From: Candidatus Bathyarchaeia archaeon
Lineage (GTDB): Archaea; Thermoproteota; Bathyarchaeia; Bathyarchaeales; Bathycorpusculaceae
DNA: 64,000 nucleotides
Assembly (NCBI GenBank): GCA_049515895.1
Contig: JBEKTQ010000008.1
Location: 32,001-96,000 of the forward strand
Direction: 5' to 3'
How positions within the stretch are numbered: position 1 is the stretch's first letter; the number at the start of each line of letters is the position of its first letter. Both the position numbers and the translations under genes were made by a program. The notes beneath the pieces are model-generated. The model had not been told where the DNA came from. It saw only the letters and a program-made list of their open reading frames with translations, and ran no database searches. Positions 40,280-50,709 of this stretch are shown in pieces.

Positions 40280-41472
40280 AGTTAACCGAATATCCAGTAG
40301 ACGGAAAATACGGCAAGTACGGCGGACGCTTCGTTCCCGAAATCCTAATGGAAGCAATCAAGGAGCTTGAAGAAGCCTATGAAAAAGCGAAAAAAGACCC
40401 CGCCTTCCACAAACAGCTCGATTATTACCTGGCAGATTTCGCTGGGCGACCCACACCGCTGTACTACGCTGAAAACCTATCGAGGGAACTGGGCGGCGCC
40501 AAAATCTACTTAAAACGCGAAGACCTCGCCCACGGCGGCGCACACAAAATCAACAACACTTTGGGGCAGGCGCTGCTAGCTAAGCGAATGGGCAAGACGC
40601 GAGTAATCGCTGAGACAGGAGCAGGTCAGCATGGCGTGGCAACCGCCATTGCGTGCGCTGCCTTAGGGTTGCGGGCTGAAGTTTATATGGGCACAGAAGA
40701 CTGCGAGCGTCAGCGTCTGAACGTTTTCCGTATGAAGCTTCTTAACGCGCAGGTACATCCTGTGGAGACAGGCTCAAAAACGCTTAAAGACTCGATAAAC
40801 GAAGCCTTCCGCGATTGGGTAACCAACTTGGAAAGCACCTATTACCTGATCGGCTCCGTCGTCGGACCTCACCCGTACCCGATGATGGTTCGAGATTTCC
40901 AAAGCGTCATAGGCAAGGAACTCAAAGATCAATTCCAAAGAAAAGAAGGCGGCCTTCCAAACGCGCTGGTCGCATGCGTGGGCGGCGGAAGCAACGCAAT
41001 AGGCACGTTCTACCCGTTCGAAGACGACTTGGAAGTTGCGCTGTACGGGGTGGAAGCGGCAGGTGAAGGTTTGGAAACGGGCAAGCACGCGGCGTCTCTT
41101 GGCGCTGGAGCCGAAGGGGTCTTCCACGGCATGCTAACCTATGTTTTGCAGGACAGCAACGGGCAAATCCAGAACACAAGCAGCGTTTCAGCGGGCTTAG
41201 ATTACCCAGGCGTTGGACCCGAACTCTCCTTCCTCAAAACACTCAAAAGAGCACAGTACACTTCAGCCACTGACAAGGAAGCCGTGGAAGCTTTCCTGAC
41301 CCTATCCAGAGAAGAGGGAATCCTACCGGCTTTAGAGTCAGCGCACGCCGTAGCTTACGCAATGAAACTTGCCTCGAAAATGAAGAAGAACCAATCAATC
41401 GTAGTGACTCTTTCCGGACGCGGGGATAAGGATGTCGAAACAATCGCTGACTACATAGGTGCGAAAATATGA
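40276..41472 (+). CDS. trpB: Tryptophan synthase beta chain (TrpB1 type)
   Basis: [32 protein letters not shown] and LSGRGDKD motifs. Confidence 0.97.
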   Translation: MKLTEYPVDGKYGKYGGRFVPEILMEAIKELEEAYEKAKKDPAFHKQLDYYLADFAGRPTPLYYAENLSRELGGAKIYLKREDLAHGGAHKINNTLGQALLAKRMGKTRVIAETGAGQHGVATAIACAALGLRAEVYMGTEDCERQRLNVFRMKLLNAQVHPVETGSKTLKDSINEAFRDWVTNLESTYYLIGSVVGPHPYPMMVRDFQSVIGKELKDQFQRKEGGLPNALVACVGGGSNAIGTFYPFEDDLEVALYGVEAAGEGLETGKHAASLGAGAEGVFHGMLTYVLQDSNGQIQNTSSVSAGLDYPGVGPELSFLKTLKRAQYTSATDKEAVEAFLTLSREEGILPALESAHAVAYAMKLASKMKKNQSIVVTLSGRGDKDVETIADYIGAKI

Positions 41473-42287
41473 ACGCGATTGCAAAGGCATTCCAAAAAAC
41501 CAAAGAAGGGGGAAACGGCGCCCTAATCGGCTACGTCACCGCAGGAGACCCCACACCCGAGTTGACACCCAAAATCGCTGACGCCCTAATCCAAGGCGGA
41601 GTAGACATCTTGGAACTCGGGTTACCGTTTTCTGACCCTATAGCCGATGGACCCACAATTCAGGCGGCGAGCGTTCGAGCACTGGTTGCGGGAACAACGC
41701 CCCTAAAAGTGCTGCAGATTGCAAAAGAGATACGCAAAAGCCACGAGACGCCAATTGTAATAATGACCTACTACAATCCAGTCTTCAGAACTGGGTTGGA
41801 GAAATTTTGTCGTCTATCCAAGGAATTCATGGTGGACGGTGTCATTGTTCCCGACTTGCCGGTTGAAGAATCCGGCGACTACAAAAAGGCAGCGGCAAAG
41901 TTTGGGTTGGACACGATTTTCTTGGCCGCGCCGTCCACAACCCCTGAGCGGCTTAAGGCTATTGTTCAGTGTTCCTCGGGCTTTCTTTACCTTGTTTCTC
42001 ACTTTGGCGTGACGGGAGCCAAAACTGCAGTAGAAGATTCAACAATTCAACTCATCAAACGAGTTCTGCCAGTTACTTCAGGAAAGATCAATCTGGCAGT
42101 CGGCTTCGGAGTCTCAAAACCGCAACATGTAAAACGAATCGTTGCCGCAGGAGCTGACGGCGTAATCGTTGGAAGCGCCTTCATCGACCTAATCCAAAAA
42201 ACCCAGGACGACACTGTCGCCATGCTTAAGGAGTTGGAGGCAGTAGCCTCAGAAATGAAAAAAGCCACAAAAATATTGGAAAAGTAA
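41469..42287 (+). CDS. trpA: Tryptophan synthase alpha chain
   Basis: [24 protein letters not shown] and GVIVGSA motifs. Confidence 0.97.
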   Translation: MNAIAKAFQKTKEGGNGALIGYVTAGDPTPELTPKIADALIQGGVDILELGLPFSDPIADGPTIQAASVRALVAGTTPLKVLQIAKEIRKSHETPIVIMTYYNPVFRTGLEKFCRLSKEFMVDGVIVPDLPVEESGDYKKAAAKFGLDTIFLAAPSTTPERLKAIVQCSSGFLYLVSHFGVTGAKTAVEDSTIQLIKRVLPVTSGKINLAVGFGVSKPQHVKRIVAAGADGVIVGSAFIDLIQKTQDDTVAMLKELEAVASEMKKATKILEK

Positions 42288-42295
42288 AGAGCCGC

Positions 42296-44794
42296 TTAAG
42301 TTTTCTGGCTGGCGACTAGGGGCTGATATTCCGCAACGAAGTGAACATTTGGGAACTGTGTCAACGCTCTACCCGCTCCTTCGGAAGGCAGAACCCTTAG
42401 GTTTTCCACTTTGCAGGCGCCGCAAATGTCCACTAACCCGTTTCTGATCGCTTCGGCTGCCGATTCTTCACCAGCGTAAACCTTTAGGATTTTGACGGGT
42501 GTGTTGAGGGGCATGCGTTTTTCTGCTTTTTCCCGTCGAACTTCGCCGATTAATCCCAGAACGATGTTGCCTTGCTTTTCCGCTTGCTCATCAACCATTG
42601 ACTGGTTGCATTGAGGCCAAGGAGAAACGTGGAGGCTACCAAAGCCCATTGCCTTGGCGTAAATGCATTGGTATATCTCTTCAGTCAAGTGGGGAACAAC
42701 AGGCGACAGAAGTTGCAGTACACGATACAAGACGTTGTAAAGGACGTGTTGAGCGGCGACTTTTTGGGCTTGCCCACCCAACTCGGGTCTGTAGAGCCTG
42801 TCTTTGACAGCTTCCAAGTAGGAATCGCAGAGCATATGCCAGGTGAAGTTGCGGATTTCTTCGACTGCAATGTTGAATTGGCATTTCTCGTAGGCTTCAG
42901 TTACTCTTTTAATGACGTTTTCAGCTTGGCTAATCATCCATCGATCCAGAAGCTGCAAATCCATTGGCGCCTCGTTGCTGGGTTGGTAATCGCTTAGGAG
43001 TTTACTTGCGAAGCCCGATGCATTCCACAGCTTAACCAAAAATCTTCTGCCATATTCGACGTCCTGCATTCGATAGGGAATGTCAGAGCCCGTTGCGCCT
43101 CCGGCTGCTGCCCACTGTCGAATAGCGTCAGCACCATACTTGTTGAGGGCTTCAGGTGCCGCCACGTAATTCTTGAGGGATTTGCTCATTTTTCTGCCAT
43201 CTTGGCCCAGCACCATCCCGTTGATGAGAACGCTTTTGAAAGGCGTTTCATCGAACAGCGCCAAATGCCTAACCATGAGATAGTAAGCCCAAGTTCGGAT
43301 GATGTCAGTACCTGAAGGATGCATGCTGGCGGGAAAAAGCCGGTGCCAATCCGCGCGGTCTGGCCAACCTGCGTGCACAGCGCAGGTTATCGAGGAATCC
43401 ATCCACGTATCGAAAACGTCAGGTTCGGGGGCGAATTCTTTTCCACCGCATTTGGGGCATCCGCTGATGCGCGGGACTTCAAGCTTGGGGTCGATAGGCA
43501 CCCATTGCTCATCAGCGAGGATCAGTTCTCCGCATTTTTTGCAGTACCAAACTGGGATCGGTGTTGCGAAAATCCGTTGGCGGCTGATGACCCAATCCCA
43601 ATCAAGCGATTTTGCCCAGTCGACAAGTCTGTTCTTCATGAAGTCAGGGTACCAATCAATCTCGTTCGCCGTTTTCTCAACTGCATCTGTCAGTTTGCGC
43701 GTTTCCATAAACCACTGCTTCCGCTCAAGGATCTCCACTTGGGCTTTGCAGCGATCGCAAACCCCGATCTCCTGACTGATTTTCTCGGTTTTCTCAATCA
43801 GGCCAGCGACCGTCAAGTCTTGGACAATGGCGGCCCGTGCTTGTTTTGTAGTTAAGCCCTGGTATTTGCCGCCGTTTTCGTTGATGCGGCCGTTCTCGGT
43901 CAGCAGTGTGATGACTGGAAGCTTGTTCTGGAGTACCGTTTTGACGTCTTCTTTGTCGCCGTAGGTGCAGATCATGACCACGCCGGTGCCGAACACTGGG
44001 TCCACACATTCATCGGAAATAACCGTTACGGGGCGATTTACAATGGGAACGGTAATCTTCTTGCCGACGTACTTGCAATATCGCTCATCTTTCGGGTTCA
44101 CTTCAATCGCCACGCAGGCGGGTATGAACTCGGGCCGTGAGGTGGCAATAGTCAGAAAATCCTGCGTTTTCGCAACTTGGAAGCGGATGTAGTGCAGAAC
44201 GCCGTCGCGTTTAATGTAGTCCACTTCGGCGTCGGCTATGGCTGTTTCGTCGTGGGGGCACCAGTTGACCGGATGTGTGCCCTGGTACATGAAGCCTTTC
44301 TTATGGAGAAGAATGAAACTGAGTTGGGTTCGGCGCCAGTAGTCTGGGTCCATGGTGCGGTACTCTGTGGTCCAGTCGATGCTGCAGCCCAACTTGAGGA
44401 TGCCGTCTTTCATCATGGCAATGTACTTCTCAACGAGTGCAATGCACATTTGTCGGAACTGATCGGTCGGCAATTCTCTTTTGCGTATGTTATGTGTTTT
44501 TTCAACTTGGATTTCTATTCCTAAACCGTGGCAATCCCAGCCCTGGGGAAAATGGACGTTGAACCCACGCATCCGCTTGTAGCGGGCGACCATGTCGAAG
44601 TAGGTCCAATTTAGAACGTTACCCATATGCAACTCACCCGAGGGGTAGGGCGGAGGAGTGTCTATGCTGAATGGAACACGCCGGGTGTCTTTCCAGTCGT
44701 AGCGGAAAATGCCTGTTTCGTCCCATTTCTGCTGCCATTTACGCTCTATCTCGAGGAAATTGTATTCTTTAGGCAAGGGTTGCATCGGTTTCAC
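42296..44794 (-). CDS. valS: Valine--tRNA ligase (archaeal type)
   Basis: DTPPPYPSGELHMGN, GWDCHG, DWVISRQR and KMSKS motifs. Confidence 0.95.
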   Translation of the reverse strand: MKPMQPLPKEYNFLEIERKWQQKWDETGIFRYDWKDTRRVPFSIDTPPPYPSGELHMGNVLNWTYFDMVARYKRMRGFNVHFPQGWDCHGLGIEIQVEKTHNIRKRELPTDQFRQMCIALVEKYIAMMKDGILKLGCSIDWTTEYRTMDPDYWRRTQLSFILLHKKGFMYQGTHPVNWCPHDETAIADAEVDYIKRDGVLHYIRFQVAKTQDFLTIATSRPEFIPACVAIEVNPKDERYCKYVGKKITVPIVNRPVTVISDECVDPVFGTGVVMICTYGDKEDVKTVLQNKLPVITLLTENGRINENGGKYQGLTTKQARAAIVQDLTVAGLIEKTEKISQEIGVCDRCKAQVEILERKQWFMETRKLTDAVEKTANEIDWYPDFMKNRLVDWAKSLDWDWVISRQRIFATPIPVWYCKKCGELILADEQWVPIDPKLEVPRISGCPKCGGKEFAPEPDVFDTWMDSSITCAVHAGWPDRADWHRLFPASMHPSGTDIIRTWAYYLMVRHLALFDETPFKSVLINGMVLGQDGRKMSKSLKNYVAAPEALNKYGADAIRQWAAAGGATGSDIPYRMQDVEYGRRFLVKLWNASGFASKLLSDYQPSNEAPMDLQLLDRWMISQAENVIKRVTEAYEKCQFNIAVEEIRNFTWHMLCDSYLEAVKDRLYRPELGGQAQKVAAQHVLYNVLYRVLQLLSPVVPHLTEEIYQCIYAKAMGFGSLHVSPWPQCNQSMVDEQAEKQGNIVLGLIGEVRREKAEKRMPLNTPVKILKVYAGEESAAEAIRNGLVDICGACKVENLRVLPSEGAGRALTQFPNVHFVAEYQPLVASQKT

Positions 44795-44924
44795 TCTTCT
44801 TTTTTAATAAGTCAAGGTAAGATAATATAAACACTATATTAAGTCACCTTAGAGTTTCTCATCTCAGAATTAAGACCCGAAAGTGAATTTTGCACGAATT
44901 GTCCAAAAGGTTGCGAAGCGAAAA

Positions 44925-45000
44925 TGGAGCCTAGGAGGGGAATTGAACCCCTGTAAAATCGCTCTGCAGGCGATTGCTTATGCGACTCGGCCACCTAGGC
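44925..45000 (-). tRNA. tRNA-Cys(GCA)
   Basis: GCCTAGG/CCTAGGC acceptor stem, ATCGC-CTGCAGA-GCGAT anticodon arm, GTTCAATTC, U73, CCA; D arm atypical. Confidence 0.85.
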
Positions 45001-45137
45001 TTAGCCTGCCATCAAATCTTTCTCAGTCTTTTATTTAAGCTTGTTCAGACTACGTTTGCGAAAAGGACAATCTAAATTCATCCAAGAAATTCCAGAAAAT
45101 TAAATTGTCTCGCCGATTCTTGGGGTTTATGCCAAAA

Positions 45138-45158
45138 AGCTGGGGATGGGAATTGAAC
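45138..45158 (-). repeat. Isolated tRNA 3'-end fragment, candidate att site
   Basis: Minus strand reads GTTCAATTCCCATCCCCAGCT (T-loop plus acceptor 3' strand) with no matching 5' half nearby. Confidence 0.5.
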
Positions 45159-45346
45159 TCTCAGCCAGTGGAGAAATCACCCGCAAAACCCCATTTCTTT
45201 TTTTGTGTAAATGAATCTCAAGCTGAAATTATTGTGTATAAGCTTTTATACCCTGTCCCATGGCGACACCTTTGGCATCTCCCGCACAACCCCTCCTTTT
45301 TCTTTAAGCTCATAACTTGACTGAAAACAACGAGGAGACATAAACA

Positions 45347-45544
45347 TTGGAACCCAAGATCATTGATTGCCCGCATTGCGGCAAAATCATCCCTGAGTAC
45401 GTTCTCAAAGGGGGATCAATGAGAACTACCGTAACCTGCCCTGATTGCGGCAGCCGAAGAAACTACAAGAACGGGATGAGGTACACCCGATCTGGGCAAA
45501 TTCAGACTTACGTATGCCGCCACTGTTACCGCAGGTTTTCGTGA
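45347..45544 (+). pseudogene. Zn-ribbon ORF, probable truncated integrase/transposase N-terminus
   Basis: CPDCGS.R.YKNG.R....QTYVCRHC.RRFS (InsA-like Zn ribbon), similar to the ORF at 63795; stops right after the ribbon. Confidence 0.5.
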
Positions 45545-45763
45545 CCACTCAAAATTCTCTGTTTTTTTTTGCCGCTTCATTCTCACGAGTTACTGCATTA
45601 CGAGGTGAAAGACAAGTTTGGGCGGAGGCGGAAACTTAGGTCAAATCAAGGCGGCTTGCACTGCGCAAAAATTCGGGCAAACCTTCGGAGGGCGGGCGAG
45701 ACAATAGTCATTCGAAGTGATCCGAGGGATTTTTTTCTAATACTGGAAGGAGAGAATGAGCAT

Positions 45764-46099
45764 TCAGTTGGAATGACCCCGCTCAATCTCTCTTACCTTA
45801 ATTACAGCAGAAGGCCCCAGCAAATATGAAATGAAACCCAAAGCAAGACCGACGGCCACACCAATTAATCCACCCACAAAAAATCCCCCGATTGGCCAAC
45901 CGAAAGTAATAGCAATAATTAACCACTTAATTTTTCGGTTTCCCTCGAAGAACTCTCGTCGTTTTTCCCAGTTTAAAGAATCTTTAAATGCGATATAATC
46001 AATCAAAGTCTTAGATTTATTCTTCGCCAAGTTTCCGCATTTTGGACAGGGCCCAGTGTAATCCGATGCCATAATTTCGCCACATTTGCTGCAGACCAC
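45764..46099 (-). CDS. Hypothetical Zn-ribbon membrane protein
   Basis: CSKCG..CPKCG followed by two TM helices. Confidence 0.55.
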   Translation of the reverse strand: MVCSKCGEIMASDYTGPCPKCGNLAKNKSKTLIDYIAFKDSLNWEKRREFFEGNRKIKWLIIAITFGWPIGGFFVGGLIGVAVGLALGFISYLLGPSAVIKVREIERGHSN

Positions 46100-46380
46100 C
46101 TTCGTTTCTAGCTCTTTACTCGATTTTCAGGTCCCTCATGCATTCCTTAGATAGGCATTGATCATGTGTTAAGATAATAAGAGGGTTAAATGACAAATTT
46201 AAGGTTAGCATTTCGCGGCGGGCGGGGAAGGATCCGATCCTACGCCCTGCAAGCGATTTCACCCAAGAATTCCTCTTTTTCATTAATAATGTGAAGCGCG
46301 CTTGCCCTGCCCGAAAAGGATGAGCATATATTATTATTTAATTATGACAATATAACATTTGGTTGTCAGGATTGTTTACT

Positions 46381-47724
46381 ATGAAAAAGTCTAATTATGC
46401 CCTCGTCATTTTTACTTTTGTTTTGACTTTATCAGCGTTTTTCTGTCTTGTATTGTCTCCAGCGGCACTTGCATCCGGTAATTCTTCCTCGGCTGATTGG
46501 CCGATGTTTCACCATGATCTTACTCATTCAGGTTACTCAACCAGCACGCCAACTGCAACTAACGCCACTTTACTATGGAACTATACGACCAACAACCCAG
46601 TTGGCGCTTCGCCTGCAATCGCCAACGGTCGCGTATATATAGGTTCTGACGGTGGAATCGCCTACTGCCTTAATGCCTCAAGCGGGTCCGAAATATGGAA
46701 TTTCACAGTCGTTACTACAAGCAGAGGGCTTCAAGGCGAGGGAGTCCCAGCAATTAGTTCTTCGATGGCTGTTGCTAATGGTTACGTCTATTTTGGATGT
46801 TACGACCGAAACGTGTATTGCCTGAACGCTTTAACTGGCGAAAAGGTTTGGAATTTCACAACCGGAAATGCTGTGGAGTCTTGCCCCTCAGCCGCTAATG
46901 GGTACCTATATGTGGGGTCATGGGATGGGAATGTTTACTGTTTTGATGCTACTACTGGTGCCAAAATATGGAATTATTCAACGGGTGGACTTGTAGAGTC
47001 TTCACCCGCATATGTGGGCGGTCACATCTATGTTGGTTCAATAAATGGTAATGTTTATTGTCTTGACGCTTTATCTGGCGCGAAAATTTGGAACTATACC
47101 ACTGGGAACGTTGTACAGTCTTCTCCTGCGGTTGTTGACGGTCGCCTCTATATAGGATCAGAGGACGATAATGTCTATTGCCTTAATGCGTCAAATGGAA
47201 TTAAAATATGGAGCTATCCAACTCAGGGTTGGGTTGACTCTTCCCCTGCAGTTGTCAATGGGTATGTTTACGTTGGGACTGGAGAGTCTGCGAACCCGGA
47301 CAAAAATGTTTACTGCCTCAACGCGTTAACTGGGACGAAAATCTGGAACTATACTACGCAAGACGGGGTAGATTCCTCTCCTGCAGTGGCTGGCGACTAT
47401 GTTTACGTTGGAGGGTGGGATGGAAATGTTTATTGTCTAAACGCATCCACTGGGGCAAATATTTGGACCTACACCACTGGAAATCACGTGAGTTCTTCTC
47501 CTGCTGTTTGGAACGGGATCGTTTATGTCGGATCATGGGACCATCATGTTTACGCTTTCGGCAACCCGCTGGTAACGTCCACACCTTCGTCAGGAATGCT
47601 CTCGCTTACAGCAGAAATCATTTACATAGCAGTTGTTGCAATCGTCGTTGTAGTCATCGCTGCGGCAGTAATAATGCTTCGACACAAAAAACAGTCCATT
47701 AGCGAGAAACAAGCTATCCATTGA
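46381..47724 (+). CDS. Surface-anchored PQQ-like beta-propeller repeat protein
   Basis: Signal peptide; WPMFHHD..HSG; about 8 repeats of SSPAV..G.VYVGS.D..VYCL.A.TG..IW; C-terminal TM helix and basic tail. Confidence 0.9.
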   Translation: MKKSNYALVIFTFVLTLSAFFCLVLSPAALASGNSSSADWPMFHHDLTHSGYSTSTPTATNATLLWNYTTNNPVGASPAIANGRVYIGSDGGIAYCLNASSGSEIWNFTVVTTSRGLQGEGVPAISSSMAVANGYVYFGCYDRNVYCLNALTGEKVWNFTTGNAVESCPSAANGYLYVGSWDGNVYCFDATTGAKIWNYSTGGLVESSPAYVGGHIYVGSINGNVYCLDALSGAKIWNYTTGNVVQSSPAVVDGRLYIGSEDDNVYCLNASNGIKIWSYPTQGWVDSSPAVVNGYVYVGTGESANPDKNVYCLNALTGTKIWNYTTQDGVDSSPAVAGDYVYVGGWDGNVYCLNASTGANIWTYTTGNHVSSSPAVWNGIVYVGSWDHHVYAFGNPLVTSTPSSGMLSLTAEIIYIAVVAIVVVVIAAAVIMLRHKKQSISEKQAIH

Positions 47725-47759
47725 ACAGGTCAAAAACTTACTAACCTCTGACCGGAAAA

Positions 47760-48089
47760 CTAAGTCGTCCAGAAAGAAAAAATCTCCAAGTTCTCTTTTT
47801 CAAACTCTTTCTTTAGAATAACCTTGACTTCGTCTTCATCTAGGTTCCAGAGACCATTTTTGCCTTTGCGCAAAGGAATCCCTGTCTCTCTCAGAGACTG
47901 ACCTTTGGGGAAATCCAGAAAAATGTAGTACCGCTTGTCATGCATCAATATTATTCTTAATGTTGTAAGTTCTTTGTTTGGAGAGAGAGCATTTTGCTCA
48001 AGAATATAGACTATCGATTTCGGCTTCTTTTCCCTAACTAAGCGTTTGAATTCCTCCCAGCTTCTAACCCTGATATGACCTTCACTCAT
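47760..48089 (-). CDS. Hypothetical protein, translationally coupled to arsC
   Basis: Start overlaps the arsC stop; 109-aa globular ORF. Confidence 0.7.
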   Translation of the reverse strand: MSEGHIRVRSWEEFKRLVREKKPKSIVYILEQNALSPNKELTTLRIILMHDKRYYIFLDFPKGQSLRETGIPLRKGKNGLWNLDEDEVKVILKKEFEKENLEIFSFWTT

Positions 48090-48477
48090 TTTCTTCGATT
48101 AACCTTTTGACCTTGTGCTCAATTTCGTCTCTAATTTCTCGTACTAACGTTAGGGGCTTTCCTTTAGGATCCTGAAGTTTCCAGTCAATTGTTGGCTTGA
48201 AGAAGGGACCAGGGCAGATCTCCTGATCATTACAACCCATTGTGACAATCAAGTCTACATCTAGAGCCATTTTGGCAGTGAGTAATTTTGGTTTGTTATT
48301 AGATATGTCAATGCCAACCTCTTTCATTGCTTCCACAACCACAGGGTTAACGTTGCTTGCAGGTTTGTTGCCTGCACTAAACACCTCAAACTTGTCCTTT
48401 CCAAACTTTTTGGCAAAAGCCTCAGCCATTTGACTCCTACCTGCATTTTCAACACAGACAAAAAGGATTTTCTTCAT
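48082..48477 (-). CDS. arsC: Arsenate reductase ArsC (LMW-PTP fold)
   Basis: CVENAGRSQMAE, TMGC..CP and W.L.DP motifs. Confidence 0.85.
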   Translation of the reverse strand: MKKILFVCVENAGRSQMAEAFAKKFGKDKFEVFSAGNKPASNVNPVVVEAMKEVGIDISNNKPKLLTAKMALDVDLIVTMGCNDQEICPGPFFKPTIDWKLQDPKGKPLTLVREIRDEIEHKVKRLIEENE

Positions 48478-48540
48478 CTTACTTCCTCACTGATCAATCA
48501 GTACTACTTTCTATGGGTTAAAGAAAATAGTAAGCTGAAA

Positions 48541-48825
48541 TTAGGTTTTGTCTTCTTTTATTTTGGTTATTATCTTCTGTGTTTCCTCCTCCGAGGGATG
48601 AGTGATAGCACCGGTAGGACAAATGTCCTCACAACCTCTGCAAAATACAACACATCTGTTTGGGTTTACCACAGTTCGTTTTTCACCATCTTTTTCCTCT
48701 ATTCTAAAGGCACTCGTATGGCAAAAATCAACGCATTTTCCGCATGTTACACACTTTTCATAATCTATCTTTGGGTCCCAAGGTATTTTGCCTCTGGGGA
48801 TACCTTCGTATGTTTCCTCGGACAT
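48541..48825 (-). CDS. 2[4Fe-4S] ferredoxin-like protein
   Basis: CVTCGKCVDFC and CVVFCRGCEDICP motifs. Confidence 0.85.
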   Translation of the reverse strand: MSEETYEGIPRGKIPWDPKIDYEKCVTCGKCVDFCHTSAFRIEEKDGEKRTVVNPNRCVVFCRGCEDICPTGAITHPSEEETQKIITKIKEDKT

Positions 48826-48992
48826 TTTTCGCTCTTCCCTTGTTCGTCGAGTAATAATTAATGGTAGTCAATTATTTTATGCTTAACTCTTTCCTAGCGG
48901 CTGGCCTTTAGTTCTTCTTTGCAAAACGACAACACATGATAATTGAGACAATGGCGCGCGCGTTTACATAACGACTAGCCACATTTGTGCTC

Positions 48993-49736
48993 TTATTCGA
49001 TCCTTTTCTTGAGTACGGCAGTGGCTATCGTGAGAAATATAACAGTAAACACGAATAAGGCGGCTATATCGATAAGGTAAATGTTGGTAACTGCAGAACT
49101 AGATATGCATTTTTGTAGGGCTTCAATGGAGTAAGTGAGTGGAAGGAAACGGGCAACAACTTGCAGCGGTAGAGGGTAAGTTGTCAAAGCTACAAAAGTT
49201 CCGGAAAGAAAAGTCATTGGGAACCTCAAAAAATTAGCATACATCTGCGCGTCCGGAACCCACTTTGCATAAACAGAAGTTATTATCCCGAGCGCCGAAA
49301 ACGCCATCGAGGCAAAGGCAATTGCCACTACAGCGAGCGATGGATTCATTACAGTTACTTCTGCAAAAGCCGCTAGTGGAAAAATCGTTACGGCGGCAAG
49401 TATGAGCCCAAAGAAGAAACCTGCTATTGTTTTTCCCAAGATTATTGTAAACAATGAAACCGGCGCTACCAGTAACCTGTCAAAGGTTCCTGTCTGTTTT
49501 TCCAAGACAACCGCAACTGCTTCGATAGAAGTTGTGCCGAAAAGCATTGATAGCGAAGAAAGCCCAGCCACTATCAGAACTGGACTTATATTCCCAGCCA
49601 TACTAAACGCTAAGAATAGCGAAATTGGAATCAAAAGTCCAAATGTAAAGTTCGGTGCCTTGAAGTAGTAAACCTTCGCATCTTTCACTGCAATGTAAAA
49701 TGCTTTAATTAACGGGTCAGCCCACGATCTAGCCAA
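48993..49736 (-). CDS. ABC-2 type exporter permease
   Basis: EK..GTFDRLLVAP, FLSG.F and PLTY motifs; 6 TM helices. Confidence 0.9.
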   Translation of the reverse strand: MARSWADPLIKAFYIAVKDAKVYYFKAPNFTFGLLIPISLFLAFSMAGNISPVLIVAGLSSLSMLFGTTSIEAVAVVLEKQTGTFDRLLVAPVSLFTIILGKTIAGFFFGLILAAVTIFPLAAFAEVTVMNPSLAVVAIAFASMAFSALGIITSVYAKWVPDAQMYANFLRFPMTFLSGTFVALTTYPLPLQVVARFLPLTYSIEALQKCISSSAVTNIYLIDIAALFVFTVIFLTIATAVLKKRIE

Positions 49737-50709
49737 GGTTCGCCGCCTTCTTTCCTTGTTCCTTCTCAGTCTTCATGACTTCTGCGCTTAGCCCTGTCAA
49801 TTCCACAAAAACATCCTCTAAACTCGGGTTTAAGGTGTTTATCGAGACAATTTTTAGGTCATTCTCTTTGGCGAAATCAACTATCAGAGGGATTGCTTCT
49901 GAAGTGCTCTTAAAGTGAAGTCTGAATTTGTCTCCAAACTGCGCCACCTTTTCCATGTCTCTTAAGCTTGTCAGTTTGTTTTCGAGACTTTTTGTCTGAT
50001 CAAAAGATACTTCAACGATTGGATGCTTTTCAATTGAAGCTTTCAGTTTCTGTGGACCGTCTAAAGCAACTATTTTGCCTTTGTTAATCATGGCGACGCG
50101 TTGACATAGCTGGTCGGCTTCTTCAATGTAATGCGTAGTCAGAAAGACAGTAACACCTGTCTCATTGAGGTCTTTAATCAATTTTCTTATCATGCGAGAA
50201 CTTTGGACATCTAACCCCGAAGTAGGTTCATCCAAAAAGAGTAAGCTAGGTGAATGAACTAGAGCCGCTGCTATTGTTAATCTTCTCTTCATGCCCTTAG
50301 AAAAGACTCCCGTCCGATCCCTTCGACGTTCATAGAGTTCGAAGAGTTCCAGCAGCTCCTTTGCCTTTTTTTCTCTCTCATTCTTGGCCACTCTGTAAAG
50401 TTGCGCAGCAAAAATCAAGTTGTCCCAAGCGCTCATCTCATCATAGACGTTCGAGTTTTCAGGCACGACACCTATGGAACTCTTCGCCTCAACCGGTTGC
50501 CGAAGCATATCTAAGCCTGCAACCATAAGGGTTCCTGAAGATGGATTGGTTTGTCCAGTAAGCATCTTAGTTGTCGTCGTTTTACCAGCACCATTGGGAC
50601 CTAAGAAGCCGAAGATTTCGCCTTTCTTTACCTGAAAACTTATGTGGTCCACTGCCAAAAAGTTGGCATAATATTTCGTTAAATCTTTAACCTCTATCGC
50701 TTCAGTCAT
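49729..50709 (-). CDS. ABC exporter ATP-binding protein (DrrA-like)
   Basis: GPNGAGKT, FSKGM, LDEPTSGLD, TTH and SLEDVF motifs. Confidence 0.93.
   Translation of the reverse strand: MTEAIEVKDLTKYYANFLAVDHISFQVKKGEIFGFLGPNGAGKTTTTKMLTGQTNPSSGTLMVAGLDMLRQPVEAKSSIGVVPENSNVYDEMSAWDNLIFAAQLYRVAKNEREKKAKELLELFELYERRRDRTGVFSKGMKRRLTIAAALVHSPSLLFLDEPTSGLDVQSSRMIRKLIKDLNETGVTVFLTTHYIEEADQLCQRVAMINKGKIVALDGPQKLKASIEKHPIVEVSFDQTKSLENKLTSLRDMEKVAQFGDKFRLHFKSTSEAIPLIVDFAKENDLKIVSINTLNPSLEDVFVELTGLSAEVMKTEKEQGKKAANLG

Noticed and set aside
42598-44830. Numerous antisense ORFs over valS (likewise over the uvr, trp and copA genes)
   Set aside because: Expected antisense shadows of long coding sequences; no independent coding signals
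46560-47560. Roughly 120-bp periodic repeats
   Set aside because: Degenerate in-frame repeats encoding beta-propeller blades; not CRISPR or a DNA-level element
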